DNA from: a virus
IMG/VR virus record: IMGVR_UViG_3300028581_000020
Span: 40,528-104,527 of that record
Reading direction: 5' to 3' (one strand)
DNA length: 64,000 nucleotides
Within the stretch, counting starts at the first letter, position 1. Each line of letters opens with the position of its first letter. The notes under the pieces were generated by a model. The model was not told the origin of the DNA and ran no database searches. It was given only the letters and a program-made list of their open reading frames with translations. Below are positions 9,158-18,893 of this stretch, piece by piece. The translations under genes and the position numbers were made by a program.

Positions 9158-10650
9158 TAAAATCCTCTACTCATAAGATTTTTATAATAGGCAAGTTGTT
9201 GAGATTGTTGTTCATTATCTCGACGAGCGTTTTCTATATCTCGTTCTTGTTTTGCTATTTCCGATTTAAGACTTGCACTCTTTGCTTGGCTTTCGAAATC
9301 AGAAATACCACGCTTACGAAGCTGTGCTAATTCAGTGTTTAATTGTGCTAATCTAGATTGACCAGTTTGTATGTGCTGATTTCCCGTTTCATATCTAGCT
9401 TGGATTGGGGCACTTTCAGCCGCCCATTGTTGCTTCATTGGGTCTAGAAGGCGATTTCCAGCCTGACGACCGACCTGAGCATCGAGTCCGGCCTTAATTT
9501 GCGGTAATTGTCCGGAGAATGCCTGATATGCCTGGTCTACGCCACCTAGTCGCGCTAAAGCATTTAAACGTGAAGCCTTTTGTTCATCAATGAATTGTTG
9601 TTCCTTAACAGGACCGGCTTGCTCGTATTGTAAAGAAGGGGAAAGAACGGCGGCAGGATCTAGGCCGTATTCAACGGCCTTCTTAGCCAGTTCAACCAAC
9701 TCAGATTGTTTTTGTTGTGGTGTCCCCAAATTAGACATTCCAGGACGGCTTAAATTTATTTTGTCGCTTTGCTGGTCTTCGGGAGATTGAATACCAGGGT
9801 TACGATATTGACGCTCAAGTTTTTCTATTTGCTGATAATATTCAGGACTTCCTATAGCAACTCCCGCCTGACCACGAATAGTTGCCTGAAGTTGGTCGTA
9901 AATACCTTGGGCCGCCTGTGATTTTTTATTAAATTGGCGAGCTTGATCGGCAGCTTCGGCTGTAACGGCATTTTGAGCGCCAGACAACTGTTTTTTAGTT
10001 TCTTCTGCAAATTGCTGAGCTTGACCTAGCGCTTGTTGTCCTTGTCCCAAGGCGGCAGCTTGTGCGGCCTGTGCTTCTGGAGATATGGCAAGTGCTTGAC
10101 GGCGAGCACCTTGGAGTGCAGAACGATCAACATTAGCGCCAAATAACAAGGAGTCTAGACGTTTTTGTCCACCCGTATATTGTTGATTCCCAGCAGCAAA
10201 ACGCTGGAGGAGATTCATTTGTCCTGGAGTATTACTAACATCTCCGGCAAGTTTTGCTGTTCTTTGCGCGGCAGATTGAATTCCGGCAGAGTTCGAAAGG
10301 CCCTGTTGGCCCATCTGTTTTAATTCGGCAGATGGTCCTGATAGATAGTTCTTGAATTTATTGACATCTTCGTCCGTTGCTGTTTGAGCGCCAGACAGAA
10401 TGCGGGCAGAATTTTCTTTATCGGCAGAAGTTCCTAATTGTTGTTGTTGAAGACCCGCACTAAACTTTTCTTTAGATTGACCAATATCTTGCTTGACTTT
10501 GCCGGTCTCATTTTTAATACCAGTAGTTACAGCTTGGCCTAGTTTATTACCCTCGTTTGCTTGCAGGTAACGGCTAAGGTTTGTAAACCCAGAGCCCTTT
10601 TTTTGGGGGCCGCCAATACCAGCGTCTTTTTTATTAATAATATCAGCCAT
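9157..10650 (-). CDS. putative internal virion protein
   Basis: Q/A-rich helical protein; AAGGA RBS supports start at 10650. Confidence 0.55.
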   Translation of the reverse strand: MADIINKKDAGIGGPQKKGSGFTNLSRYLQANEGNKLGQAVTTGIKNETGKVKQDIGQSKEKFSAGLQQQQLGTSADKENSARILSGAQTATDEDVNKFKNYLSGPSAELKQMGQQGLSNSAGIQSAAQRTAKLAGDVSNTPGQMNLLQRFAAGNQQYTGGQKRLDSLLFGANVDRSALQGARRQALAISPEAQAAQAAALGQGQQALGQAQQFAEETKKQLSGAQNAVTAEAADQARQFNKKSQAAQGIYDQLQATIRGQAGVAIGSPEYYQQIEKLERQYRNPGIQSPEDQQSDKINLSRPGMSNLGTPQQKQSELVELAKKAVEYGLDPAAVLSPSLQYEQAGPVKEQQFIDEQKASRLNALARLGGVDQAYQAFSGQLPQIKAGLDAQVGRQAGNRLLDPMKQQWAAESAPIQARYETGNQHIQTGQSRLAQLNTELAQLRKRGISDFESQAKSASLKSEIAKQERDIENARRDNEQQSQQLAYYKNLMSRGF

Positions 10651-10669
10651 AGGTTCCTTAATATAGTTG

Positions 10670-11083
10670 TTAATTGTACGCAAATACAGTTAATAAGAAC
10701 GGCGTATTTGCCGGTAGTCCTGTGACGTGTAAAATGTCTACAGATGCCGATAGTTGTCTGTACGTTATAAATGGGGCATTATTTGGATAACCTGCGGCAT
10801 TTGATTGGTTTTCCGCTCTTAATACGGATAATCCGACCACCCGCACGGCACTCTTTAAAGGCACAACGGTTTTGGCTTTTACCGTTCCATCAGCATTTAC
10901 CGTAATATTAACGGTGAACAGCGTCCCCTGCATATTATCGCCTAGAGTAAGACGACCGCTTAAAGCCGCATAGGCACTATCAAATCCATCATTTATAGAG
11001 CCAGCAAGAAGGTCGATGGTTGGCTGGATTTCTTGGTCAAAATCAGACTTATTAATTCGCTTAAAATTTCCAAGCTTAGCCAT
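10670..11083 (-). CDS. putative tail structural protein
   Basis: 137 aa, beta-rich C-terminus, directly downstream of the nozzle gene. Confidence 0.45.
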   Translation of the reverse strand: MAKLGNFKRINKSDFDQEIQPTIDLLAGSINDGFDSAYAALSGRLTLGDNMQGTLFTVNITVNADGTVKAKTVVPLKSAVRVVGLSVLRAENQSNAAGYPNNAPFITYRQLSASVDILHVTGLPANTPFLLTVFAYN

Positions 11084-11085
11084 AA

Positions 11086-14000
11086 TTAGTTCCTATATGC
11101 TCTTGTAGAAATACCGACATTTCCACTAATAGTTACTCCATATACAGACCACTCTTCTCTAGCAACAGAATGTAAGAACGATAGATTAATATAACGACAT
11201 CTCATGTAGTTTCTAGGAACATACGTTCTAAATGGTGATGAATTCGAAGCTCCGCCAAAATAGCCTTCACCAAAAGGTCCCGTACCCGTCCCAAATATCC
11301 CATTACCGGAAGAATTAAATTCCACGTAAGTGGTCAGAGGAATTAAATCGCTACTAAAGCCCATCTTACCTTTGGTGAATGCCCTATTAGCAAACATGAT
11401 AGTTGCTTCCATTAAATGTTTCCATCCCAAGGGATCGCCCATTGTTTCTGGAGCATAAGTTACAGAACACGGAATAGACTTAAATACCGTCATTTCACCA
11501 ACAATAAATTGCGGGCTAACGTTAAGTGTAACTTTTTTAATATTACGATTTACAGCAGTTACTACCGCCTCGAAGGAAGTGTCGTATTCAATTTGTGAAT
11601 AGTTTGTGAACGTAAAGTTTGTGCTGGTATTCATTGCATCTATCATAGCATTATAACATGCCATAATATCTTGAAACGATTCTACCTGCGTAGACCAAGT
11701 TCCAGTGGTTCCTGGAGTTGTGACATCAACAGGAACCGTAAAGGTATTGGCCGTAAGAACAGTAACTTCACGAGAACCGTTAATAACTGGAAAGGAATCT
11801 GTGCTAGCAATTGTAATAACACGACCAGAAACCAAGCCATGTGCAGAATCAGTGACAACTGTTGGATTAGCAACAGAAATTCCGGTTATAGTACCAGTTT
11901 TTGATGCAATTAGGCTGCTAAATGTTGGTGATTCTGTTATCTCAGAGTCTAGTTTAGTTGCGAGTGCTTCCATTTTAGAGCGCATATCGTCCCCAGAAAC
12001 AGCAAATAGTGTCGAATAGTAATCATCAGAAGGAACTGATGGATCTATGTCAAGCTTTTCAAGAAGACTATTAAATCTAAATACACTTAATGTTTGAGAT
12101 TGTTCAATAACATCACCAACTTCAATATCTGAAACCGAAGAAAACTCTAGGGTATTTGGTGCTGGATATCCAGAAGAAGACAGCAGAAGGCTATACTGCC
12201 TATCAGCATAATCCGTACGAGTGAAGTCTTTTCTTTCTTGTTCGATTTGATTAACATCCCCGGCACCAATAACCAGGCGGTCGTCCACAGGATTCACAAT
12301 GCCACAGGTGTTTTGCTTTTCGTAAGTGGTCCACGTTTGTGTTAGTGTACTGTATCTAAAACACTGTGTTGCGGTTGTGTCGTTAGTATTGGAGACTGTC
12401 CATACCAAGTAAGAATCGTCGGACTCATACCCAATTCCCCACGTCGCTGTTGCAAAGTTTGTATAGCTGCTTGACGCTAGCTTAAGTATTTGTGTGTCAA
12501 TTGCACGCGATCTTGTGTCTACCGAGGCCTCAGTGACCGTTACGATGCCCTTTTTGGTCCAAGCATAAATTGTATTATTTGAAGAGTCCACGCTATCTGG
12601 AGCAATGAGGATACACGAAAGATCAAATGGTTCTAGTATGTACTGTCCAGTTTCTCCTGAAACGCGATATAGCCCATCTTCTGTAAAGATGAATAAACTA
12701 TTTCTTAATGGAAAAATACGAAGTATCTGGTTTTCTAGTGGTCCAACGTCAAAATAGTTAACAAGAGGAACGGCTTCCGGTTGTCCTGGTTTAGAATAGA
12801 ATATTCTGTTTGGTCGTGCCTCGTTCTCAGAAACCTCAGCGGAAGGTAGCGGGATCAATGCCCCCATAGTTCCATTTGCCGTGGTTGAAACTGGAACGGT
12901 AAAGCTTGTTGAATTTATTACAGTAACAACTCTTATTCCGTCAATGCTTGGCGTTGAGTCTGTATTAGTAATTAACACTTTATCAAGATTATTCAGTCCA
13001 TGTGGAGTTGAGGTTGTTACGGTTGCTTGTAGTTCTGGTGCGGCGATATTAGAAATCTGCACGCTAGGAGCTACAATCGGATCAAAGCTTTCGGCCACCG
13101 TTGAGTTATTCGCTAAGATATAGAATTCCGGTACAGGCAGGTCGCGACCTTCTAATAACATAATACCTGGATTTGTATCAATACCAGGTAAATAATATCC
13201 GTATGTAACTTCGCCTTTGTTCTTATTCATAACACGAACAAAGCTCTTTGCTGTATTTTCTACGGCCTGTCCCACCGAAGTGATTGTCGAAAGAAGAACT
13301 TGTAGCTCTCCTTCTTGTGAAGTGCTTACAGTAAAGCCCCCAGATGTCACGTTCTCTGTAGTAGGTGACGTTGGTCCATAATCAACACTGGTGATAGTTA
13401 GTTGATTTGTATTAACTGAGACGTTAAAATAACCAGTATCAGTCAGCGCAGTTTGGATCTTGATGGCCATCTGATCGGCAGTCTCAGATCCAGTGGTGTC
13501 AATGCTAATCCCGCTCAAACCGAATACGTTCGGGTCTGTGGCCGATCCGCGATCAAACCATACATAATATTGTTGTTTACCAAAGGGGGTAAACACACTG
13601 AAATAGTCAGCAGTTCCCGCTGCGGCATATGCGGAGCCAGCAACGCACGTAACAACTGAGACTTCTTGTGTTACTTTTTCACCACGACCCTGCTGCGTAA
13701 CCGTGAAGGTGAAGCCTGCTGGAAGCGTAGAAACAACGTCATCAACATACCCATCTTCCAATGTCGTAATTAAAACTGTGCTGGTCGATATTGAAGATAT
13801 TTCAGCATTAAAATCGTATAATAATGTATTAATACAGTTTTTTACTTTTTCGGCAACCTGGGATGATGTATCAGAAGAAAGAACGTCTATAGCAAGTCCC
13901 GTTCTACCGGAAAGGGCGGGATCTGTGCCCGCATTGTCAACTCTAAACCAGAAATAGTATAAGTTTTCGTTGTTGCCAGAATTTATATTGAAATAGCTGC

Positions 14001-16065
14001 TAGCCAATAATGCTGTACTTCCTGCAGCACAAACCAGGGAGGTCTCTTCTTCTCTCCCAGTAACAAATTCATAGGTATGAAAATCGCTGGAGGTTGCTAT
14101 TGTAATTTTTGGCGGCCTTCCAGCATTATACTCGTCTATTAAATCTTGAACGCCCAAAAGTTTAAATTGTCTTCTTTGGCGAGTTTGTGTATTCGCATAA
14201 AAAACAGAGGTCTTATAAAGCGAAACATCTCCGGCCTCGGGAGGAACATCGTTTGCTTGAACAATTCCTTCACCAGTGGTTTCGTTTGTATAAAGATTTG
14301 CTCCGAGGAAAATGTCAGGAGTGATATCCTGAACAGTTAGAGTTCCATCGGCGAGTTCTGTGTCGGTAGGAAATCCCTCAAATACAAGCTGAAGTTCATC
14401 AGAAGGAACCAGGTCATCAAGAACATCTGTTCCGACCGCAGTTACCTGTGCTGAACGATATACTTGATAAAAGTTATTGGTTGTTGCACTTTCAGGAATA
14501 GTAATTTCGAGGTACGACGTTACTGTCGTTGTAATCGCCAAGTCATCGACAAATTCTTGTCCAAGTTCGTCATTAAATACAATGGTTTTGCTAATAAAGG
14601 CATCTGCATCTGGAGGACCTGAACCTGAATAGGTACTAGCAAATTGTAGGGTGGTTGACGTAACGTTTGTAATTGTTTTGTATCCGTCAATACTAGCACT
14701 AATAAACCCAGAAAGATAAATCTGTTGTCCAATTTGTACATAGTCTCTTGGGTCGCCAACAGAAAATGTTACGGTGTAAGTAGACCCATCACCAGAACAT
14801 GAGGCCGAGTCGATATTGAGAAGTCCGGTGCCCCCCGCGTCATTTGCAAGTAACGACTCGCGTGTAACGTTTTGAAGGGCCGTGATAATGGACTCCAAAT
14901 AAGTCTGTAGGTCTTGAAGTTGTGTGTGGGTCGTGGGAGTTGACGGAGCGGAAGGAACTGTAATATTACGGAAAGTTCCACTAGTAACTGTTGCCGAAGA
15001 GCTTGCAGTTACAGTGCCAGTGGCATCTGTGGTAAAACTTAGGGTATTTGCTGTGGGATCAATTGCTGTAATAGTTCTTAGGCCGTTGAGTGTTCCCGAC
15101 GTTCCAGCCGTAAATCCGGATAGATAAATAACTTGGCCAATATCGAAATATTGTTTAACATTGCCTCCGTCATTTCCTCCAGTAGCAAAGGATACGGTAC
15201 ACGTTGTTCCAGAAATAACGGCAGGAGTTGCTGCTAATTCTAAAGGAATAGCTGCTGAAATTGCTCCGTCATTATCTGCATATAAAATATCGTTGTCAAG
15301 TTTCGCTGTAAGGCCTAATAAATTTGTATATAAATCGTTAGCATCTGAAGAATCCGTCAAGTTATAAATAGCTTGATAGTTTCCATCAGTAATCATGCTT
15401 CCGAATTGATCCAATTGATCGAGTCTAAGAAGTAGATTATTAAAGTCCCTGGCAATAAGCTGCAACATTGGATTGTATAAAATGGTCTGTTCGGAAGGCG
15501 TTCCTAAAATTAGGTTATTGTTTAGGTCTCTTGAGGCCCAAACAACACGGTATGCAACAACCGAGTCTTGCTGAAACCAGGAGGTCTGGTCTCCTAATAT
15601 AACTCCTAAACGAGCGGCAACATCCAAAGCTTTAATACCACCAGCATCGGTAATATAGCCAGCATTTGCGGTAAGATCTGTGGCTGTTTTTGCTGAGATC
15701 TTTTTAATACCAGCAGACGTTGTAAAATATAAATTCCCATTACTAGCAACAAATTTAATACGAAGACCTGGACTAGTTTCTTCATACGAACCGGAAAAAT
15801 CTGTAAAATTCCCAGATCCATCATCAAAAGCTAGAGTATTGTCATAATGTAGGATAATACGGTCACGATAAGCTCTTAGTTGATTAGCTCTTTGTTGAAT
15901 AGAACCAAATGCAGAACCATACAACTTAAAGCCACGACGAGATTCAATGACATTATCACGACGGATAATGACGTTCTCAGCCTTAACAAGACTTCCTGAT
16001 GGAAGGTCAATATTATTAGGCGAATAGTTCAAACCTAGGGCTTTTAAATTAACCTGACTAGGCAT
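11086..16065 (-). CDS. tail nozzle / packaged-DNA stabilisation protein with inserted repeat domains
   Basis: N-terminal ENVIIRRDNVIESRRG, NRIFYSKPGQPEAVP propeller motif, HG-containing small beta-barrel inserts; 1659 aa. Confidence 0.65.
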   Translation of the reverse strand: MPSQVNLKALGLNYSPNNIDLPSGSLVKAENVIIRRDNVIESRRGFKLYGSAFGSIQQRANQLRAYRDRIILHYDNTLAFDDGSGNFTDFSGSYEETSPGLRIKFVASNGNLYFTTSAGIKKISAKTATDLTANAGYITDAGGIKALDVAARLGVILGDQTSWFQQDSVVAYRVVWASRDLNNNLILGTPSEQTILYNPMLQLIARDFNNLLLRLDQLDQFGSMITDGNYQAIYNLTDSSDANDLYTNLLGLTAKLDNDILYADNDGAISAAIPLELAATPAVISGTTCTVSFATGGNDGGNVKQYFDIGQVIYLSGFTAGTSGTLNGLRTITAIDPTANTLSFTTDATGTVTASSSATVTSGTFRNITVPSAPSTPTTHTQLQDLQTYLESIITALQNVTRESLLANDAGGTGLLNIDSASCSGDGSTYTVTFSVGDPRDYVQIGQQIYLSGFISASIDGYKTITNVTSTTLQFASTYSGSGPPDADAFISKTIVFNDELGQEFVDDLAITTTVTSYLEITIPESATTNNFYQVYRSAQVTAVGTDVLDDLVPSDELQLVFEGFPTDTELADGTLTVQDITPDIFLGANLYTNETTGEGIVQANDVPPEAGDVSLYKTSVFYANTQTRQRRQFKLLGVQDLIDEYNAGRPPKITIATSSDFHTYEFVTGREEETSLVCAAGSTALLASSYFNINSGNNENLYYFWFRVDNAGTDPALSGRTGLAIDVLSSDTSSQVAEKVKNCINTLLYDFNAEISSISTSTVLITTLEDGYVDDVVSTLPAGFTFTVTQQGRGEKVTQEVSVVTCVAGSAYAAAGTADYFSVFTPFGKQQYYVWFDRGSATDPNVFGLSGISIDTTGSETADQMAIKIQTALTDTGYFNVSVNTNQLTITSVDYGPTSPTTENVTSGGFTVSTSQEGELQVLLSTITSVGQAVENTAKSFVRVMNKNKGEVTYGYYLPGIDTNPGIMLLEGRDLPVPEFYILANNSTVAESFDPIVAPSVQISNIAAPELQATVTTSTPHGLNNLDKVLITNTDSTPSIDGIRVVTVINSTSFTVPVSTTANGTMGALIPLPSAEVSENEARPNRIFYSKPGQPEAVPLVNYFDVGPLENQILRIFPLRNSLFIFTEDGLYRVSGETGQYILEPFDLSCILIAPDSVDSSNNTIYAWTKKGIVTVTEASVDTRSRAIDTQILKLASSSYTNFATATWGIGYESDDSYLVWTVSNTNDTTATQCFRYSTLTQTWTTYEKQNTCGIVNPVDDRLVIGAGDVNQIEQERKDFTRTDYADRQYSLLLSSSGYPAPNTLEFSSVSDIEVGDVIEQSQTLSVFRFNSLLEKLDIDPSVPSDDYYSTLFAVSGDDMRSKMEALATKLDSEITESPTFSSLIASKTGTITGISVANPTVVTDSAHGLVSGRVITIASTDSFPVINGSREVTVLTANTFTVPVDVTTPGTTGTWSTQVESFQDIMACYNAMIDAMNTSTNFTFTNYSQIEYDTSFEAVVTAVNRNIKKVTLNVSPQFIVGEMTVFKSIPCSVTYAPETMGDPLGWKHLMEATIMFANRAFTKGKMGFSSDLIPLTTYVEFNSSGNGIFGTGTGPFGEGYFGGASNSSPFRTYVPRNYMRCRYINLSFLHSVAREEWSVYGVTISGNVGISTRAYRN

Positions 16066-16068
16066 TAT

Positions 16069-16542
16069 TTATTCCTTTTTTAAAGCTTTTAAACGGCCTT
16101 TAGCGCCCTTTAAGATATCATCATATTCATCAGCAACGGCTCGCCCTTTTATTAGCTGTGGGCTATCTAATGCCTCTAGGGACTTTTCTACGGCCCTACG
16201 AGCCAAAGGAGCGGGCTCTGGTTTAATCTGGATATTATCTAGGGCGTTTCCGGCCTGTTCTATAAATTCCTGACCAGAAGCCGGAACCTTAGCACCTAAA
16301 CCACGAAGGTAGTCTAAAAATTCCTTTTTTTCTATTAGGGGAAGGAGCTTCTTCTGAACAGCATGTTCTAGACTTTCTTCAATGACTGTCGGTCTGATAG
16401 GACCGATACTTCCGACAGCAGAAGCTCCGGATTCTGCTAGTTCCCGAACCCTTTCAGGATCGTTGACATAAGGACGTGATAAGTCGTCAATTCCCTTTTG
16501 GGATTCGGCAATTTTTTGTTTGAGACGTTCTAAAAGACCCAT
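16069..16542 (-). CDS. hypothetical protein; N-terminus similar to 6017-7702
   Basis: KGIDD...RVRELAESGASAVGSI versus KGIDE...KIRDLSTQGASMIGSI. Confidence 0.6.
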   Translation of the reverse strand: MGLLERLKQKIAESQKGIDDLSRPYVNDPERVRELAESGASAVGSIGPIRPTVIEESLEHAVQKKLLPLIEKKEFLDYLRGLGAKVPASGQEFIEQAGNALDNIQIKPEPAPLARRAVEKSLEALDSPQLIKGRAVADEYDDILKGAKGRLKALKKE

Positions 16543-17798
16543 TATGAATTCCTACGCCACCCGTTCCATTTACCGTAACGTAAAATACTGTGTGTATTAT
16601 TAACTTTTTTTGCAGCGCCTTCTACTCGATTAGATATCATCTTATTTTCAGCGCTAATAATGTCTTGAATCTTAGCATTTGTAACTTGTAGTCCGGCTTG
16701 ATCGCCAATTGCTGCTAATACTCTAGCGGAGCTTCTTTCTGCCAGCCCGTTATGAAGATCCGATGGGATTTGCGGGATAATACATTCTCCGGCTGTGCAA
16801 ATATAATCACCAATTTCAAAATTATCGGGAACTACCCCACTAGAAAATGTAATTTGATTGCCAGAAATTGCACTATTTGATAGTAGAATGTCAAATTTAT
16901 ATGTTTTATGCGCTCCGGGGGTTTGTAGAAAGTCGATTTTTGTATTATTCGCGATATTATCGGGAATACTGTCAAACTGAACCACTTGTAATGGACTGAT
17001 AATAATAGCATCCTCGTTTACAGTAGAGAAATCTGTTGTCACAATCGAGTACGAGACAGTTACGGTGGCAGTTGAGGGAGTTCCATTTGATGCTGAATAT
17101 TCTCCGTTGGAATTTATAGCGTTCACTAGATTGGTAGCTGTCAAAATTGAAGATGCGCCAATTAAAAACTCGTTACTTAAAGGAGATCCTGTTACGGCGG
17201 TAAACTGCTGTTCTCCGATAGTTAAAACGTCGCCATCGGCAATCGAAGCATTGTCAATTTCGATATTTTTTAGGAATGCCGTGGCCGTTGCTGCTCTATT
17301 AATTGGAACCAACTGGTTTGGACGCATGAAATAGTACATAACAAGCGAGCCCGTTGGAGACTGATTTGCTCCAGGGGTAATCACAATGTCAGACCCTTCC
17401 AAATAAAATCCCTGAATTACGTCTGGATTCGCTGCATTTTGCTGGAAGAAAGCCTTTTGACCTGCGTCAATTTGCGTCATTTCATACAAATTACCGTAGT
17501 CTTGACCGGGAATAATTTGGTTATCAGCATAAAACACGTCACGAAGTTTATCACCAATAGCACGCTTAGGAATAGCATAGCGAGACTTATTAGATTGTAA
17601 CGGGACAACAACGTACGATACAAAATATTCTTCGTGGTGCTCAAGAATAGCGGGAACTTGTCCGATCATCATCTCCTCGTTAGCAAAATCGAGCAAATCC
17701 TGTTCGGAAAAGGTCGCAGAAGCTATTGGAAACGAGATCTTACGTTTTAGGGCAGCAATAAGCTGCGTGCTATTCATCCAAGACGTTGCATTTGCCAT
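16542..17798 (-). CDS. head-tail adaptor (gatekeeper)-like protein with inserted domains
   Basis: N-terminal FSEQDLLDFANEE, YAIP, and C-terminal PQIPSDLH helices typical of adaptors; lies upstream of the nozzle. Confidence 0.55.
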   Translation of the reverse strand: MANATSWMNSTQLIAALKRKISFPIASATFSEQDLLDFANEEMMIGQVPAILEHHEEYFVSYVVVPLQSNKSRYAIPKRAIGDKLRDVFYADNQIIPGQDYGNLYEMTQIDAGQKAFFQQNAANPDVIQGFYLEGSDIVITPGANQSPTGSLVMYYFMRPNQLVPINRAATATAFLKNIEIDNASIADGDVLTIGEQQFTAVTGSPLSNEFLIGASSILTATNLVNAINSNGEYSASNGTPSTATVTVSYSIVTTDFSTVNEDAIIISPLQVVQFDSIPDNIANNTKIDFLQTPGAHKTYKFDILLSNSAISGNQITFSSGVVPDNFEIGDYICTAGECIIPQIPSDLHNGLAERSSARVLAAIGDQAGLQVTNAKIQDIISAENKMISNRVEGAAKKVNNTHSILRYGKWNGWRRNS

Positions 17799-17807
17799 GG
17801 AAACTCC

Positions 17808-18188
17808 TTAGGCTTTCTTTGCTTTTAGAGCCTCTTTTTTGGCTTGAAGTGAAGCGAGAAGTTCATCAATTTGCTCTTCTGACATTTCTTCACCTTCCAT
17901 GTCATTTTCCGGCTCACGATCTTCGCCGTCATCGGCAATCTCACCAAAACCACCCGCCTGACCTTCAACAATCTCTTCGGCTTTTTCTAGACCAGACTTC
18001 AGCCCCTCGGGAGAGTCGGCGGCAACCGAAACTTTCTTAAGGCCCTGAAGAGGTTCTTTCATAGCACCCATAGCTTCAGAACGAAGGCTGCTAAGAACAG
18101 ACTTTTTGGCATCCTTTTCCATAGGGTCCATTTCACAGTCTTTGCCACCTTTAAGCGACTTTAGCTTTTTTAACATTTCCATTTTCAT
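17808..18188 (-). CDS. hypothetical charged protein
   Basis: AAGGAA RBS; 126 aa, acidic C-terminus. Confidence 0.7.
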   Translation of the reverse strand: MKMEMLKKLKSLKGGKDCEMDPMEKDAKKSVLSSLRSEAMGAMKEPLQGLKKVSVAADSPEGLKSGLEKAEEIVEGQAGGFGEIADDGEDREPENDMEGEEMSEEQIDELLASLQAKKEALKAKKA

Positions 18189-18197
18189 ATTAATTCC

Positions 18198-18434
18198 TTA
18201 CTTAAGGTTTAGTGATGCAGAGCCCGAGCCTGCGCCAGAAGCCGCGATTGCTTGCGTAGTAGTGCGCGTAGCAATTTCGATCTGAGCGGGAGCACCGGCA
18301 GTAATCTGAAGAAGAAGGTTTAGGACTTGCTGGACTACTTCATGGGGTTTGGTGCTGTCTAGTTGTAGTTGCTGCGTCACTTGTCCGCAGTCTAGGGCTT
18401 GAGTCTCGATACGAATCATTACATAACCGGCCAT
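18198..18434 (-). CDS. hypothetical (possible structural) protein
   Basis: AGGAGA RBS; 78 aa. Confidence 0.65.
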   Translation of the reverse strand: MAGYVMIRIETQALDCGQVTQQLQLDSTKPHEVVQQVLNLLLQITAGAPAQIEIATRTTTQAIAASGAGSGSASLNLK

Positions 18435-18443
18435 AATATCTCC

Positions 18444-18893
18444 TTATTTTAGAGCTAACAAAATCAACGTCAGAACAATTCCAACGCTGTTAATAATATA
18501 TAGTAAGTTCATGTTTTTATGTTCTGTTATCGTCTTTTCAATAATAACAGGCTTCTCAATGACTTGGTATTCCGTGATATATTTAGGAATCTCTACGATC
18601 TGCACTTCTTTGACAATAACCGGAACTTCGATTTTCTCGATTTGAACTTCTTTAACGACAATAGTTTTTTCAACTTCAAAGGGCTCTTTGACAATCTCAG
18701 GAATCTTAATTTCTTGTATTTCTTTGACAATGACAGGAACCTCGATCTTCTCAATCTTAATTTCTTGTGGGGCAGTTTTGATTTGCGACGAAATCACAGG
18801 CATTTCGCCGTTCACAATAAGAACTCTGGTTGCATTCATGTTCTCGTCATGCGTATCGCGGATAATTTGGTTTGAGTCTTTAAGAGTTAGCAT
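18444..18893 (-). CDS. EKIEVPVIVKE-repeat protein with C-terminal TM
   Basis: Tandem V/I/E/K/P repeats and a hydrophobic C-terminus. Confidence 0.7.
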   Translation of the reverse strand: MLTLKDSNQIIRDTHDENMNATRVLIVNGEMPVISSQIKTAPQEIKIEKIEVPVIVKEIQEIKIPEIVKEPFEVEKTIVVKEVQIEKIEVPVIVKEVQIVEIPKYITEYQVIEKPVIIEKTITEHKNMNLLYIINSVGIVLTLILLALK

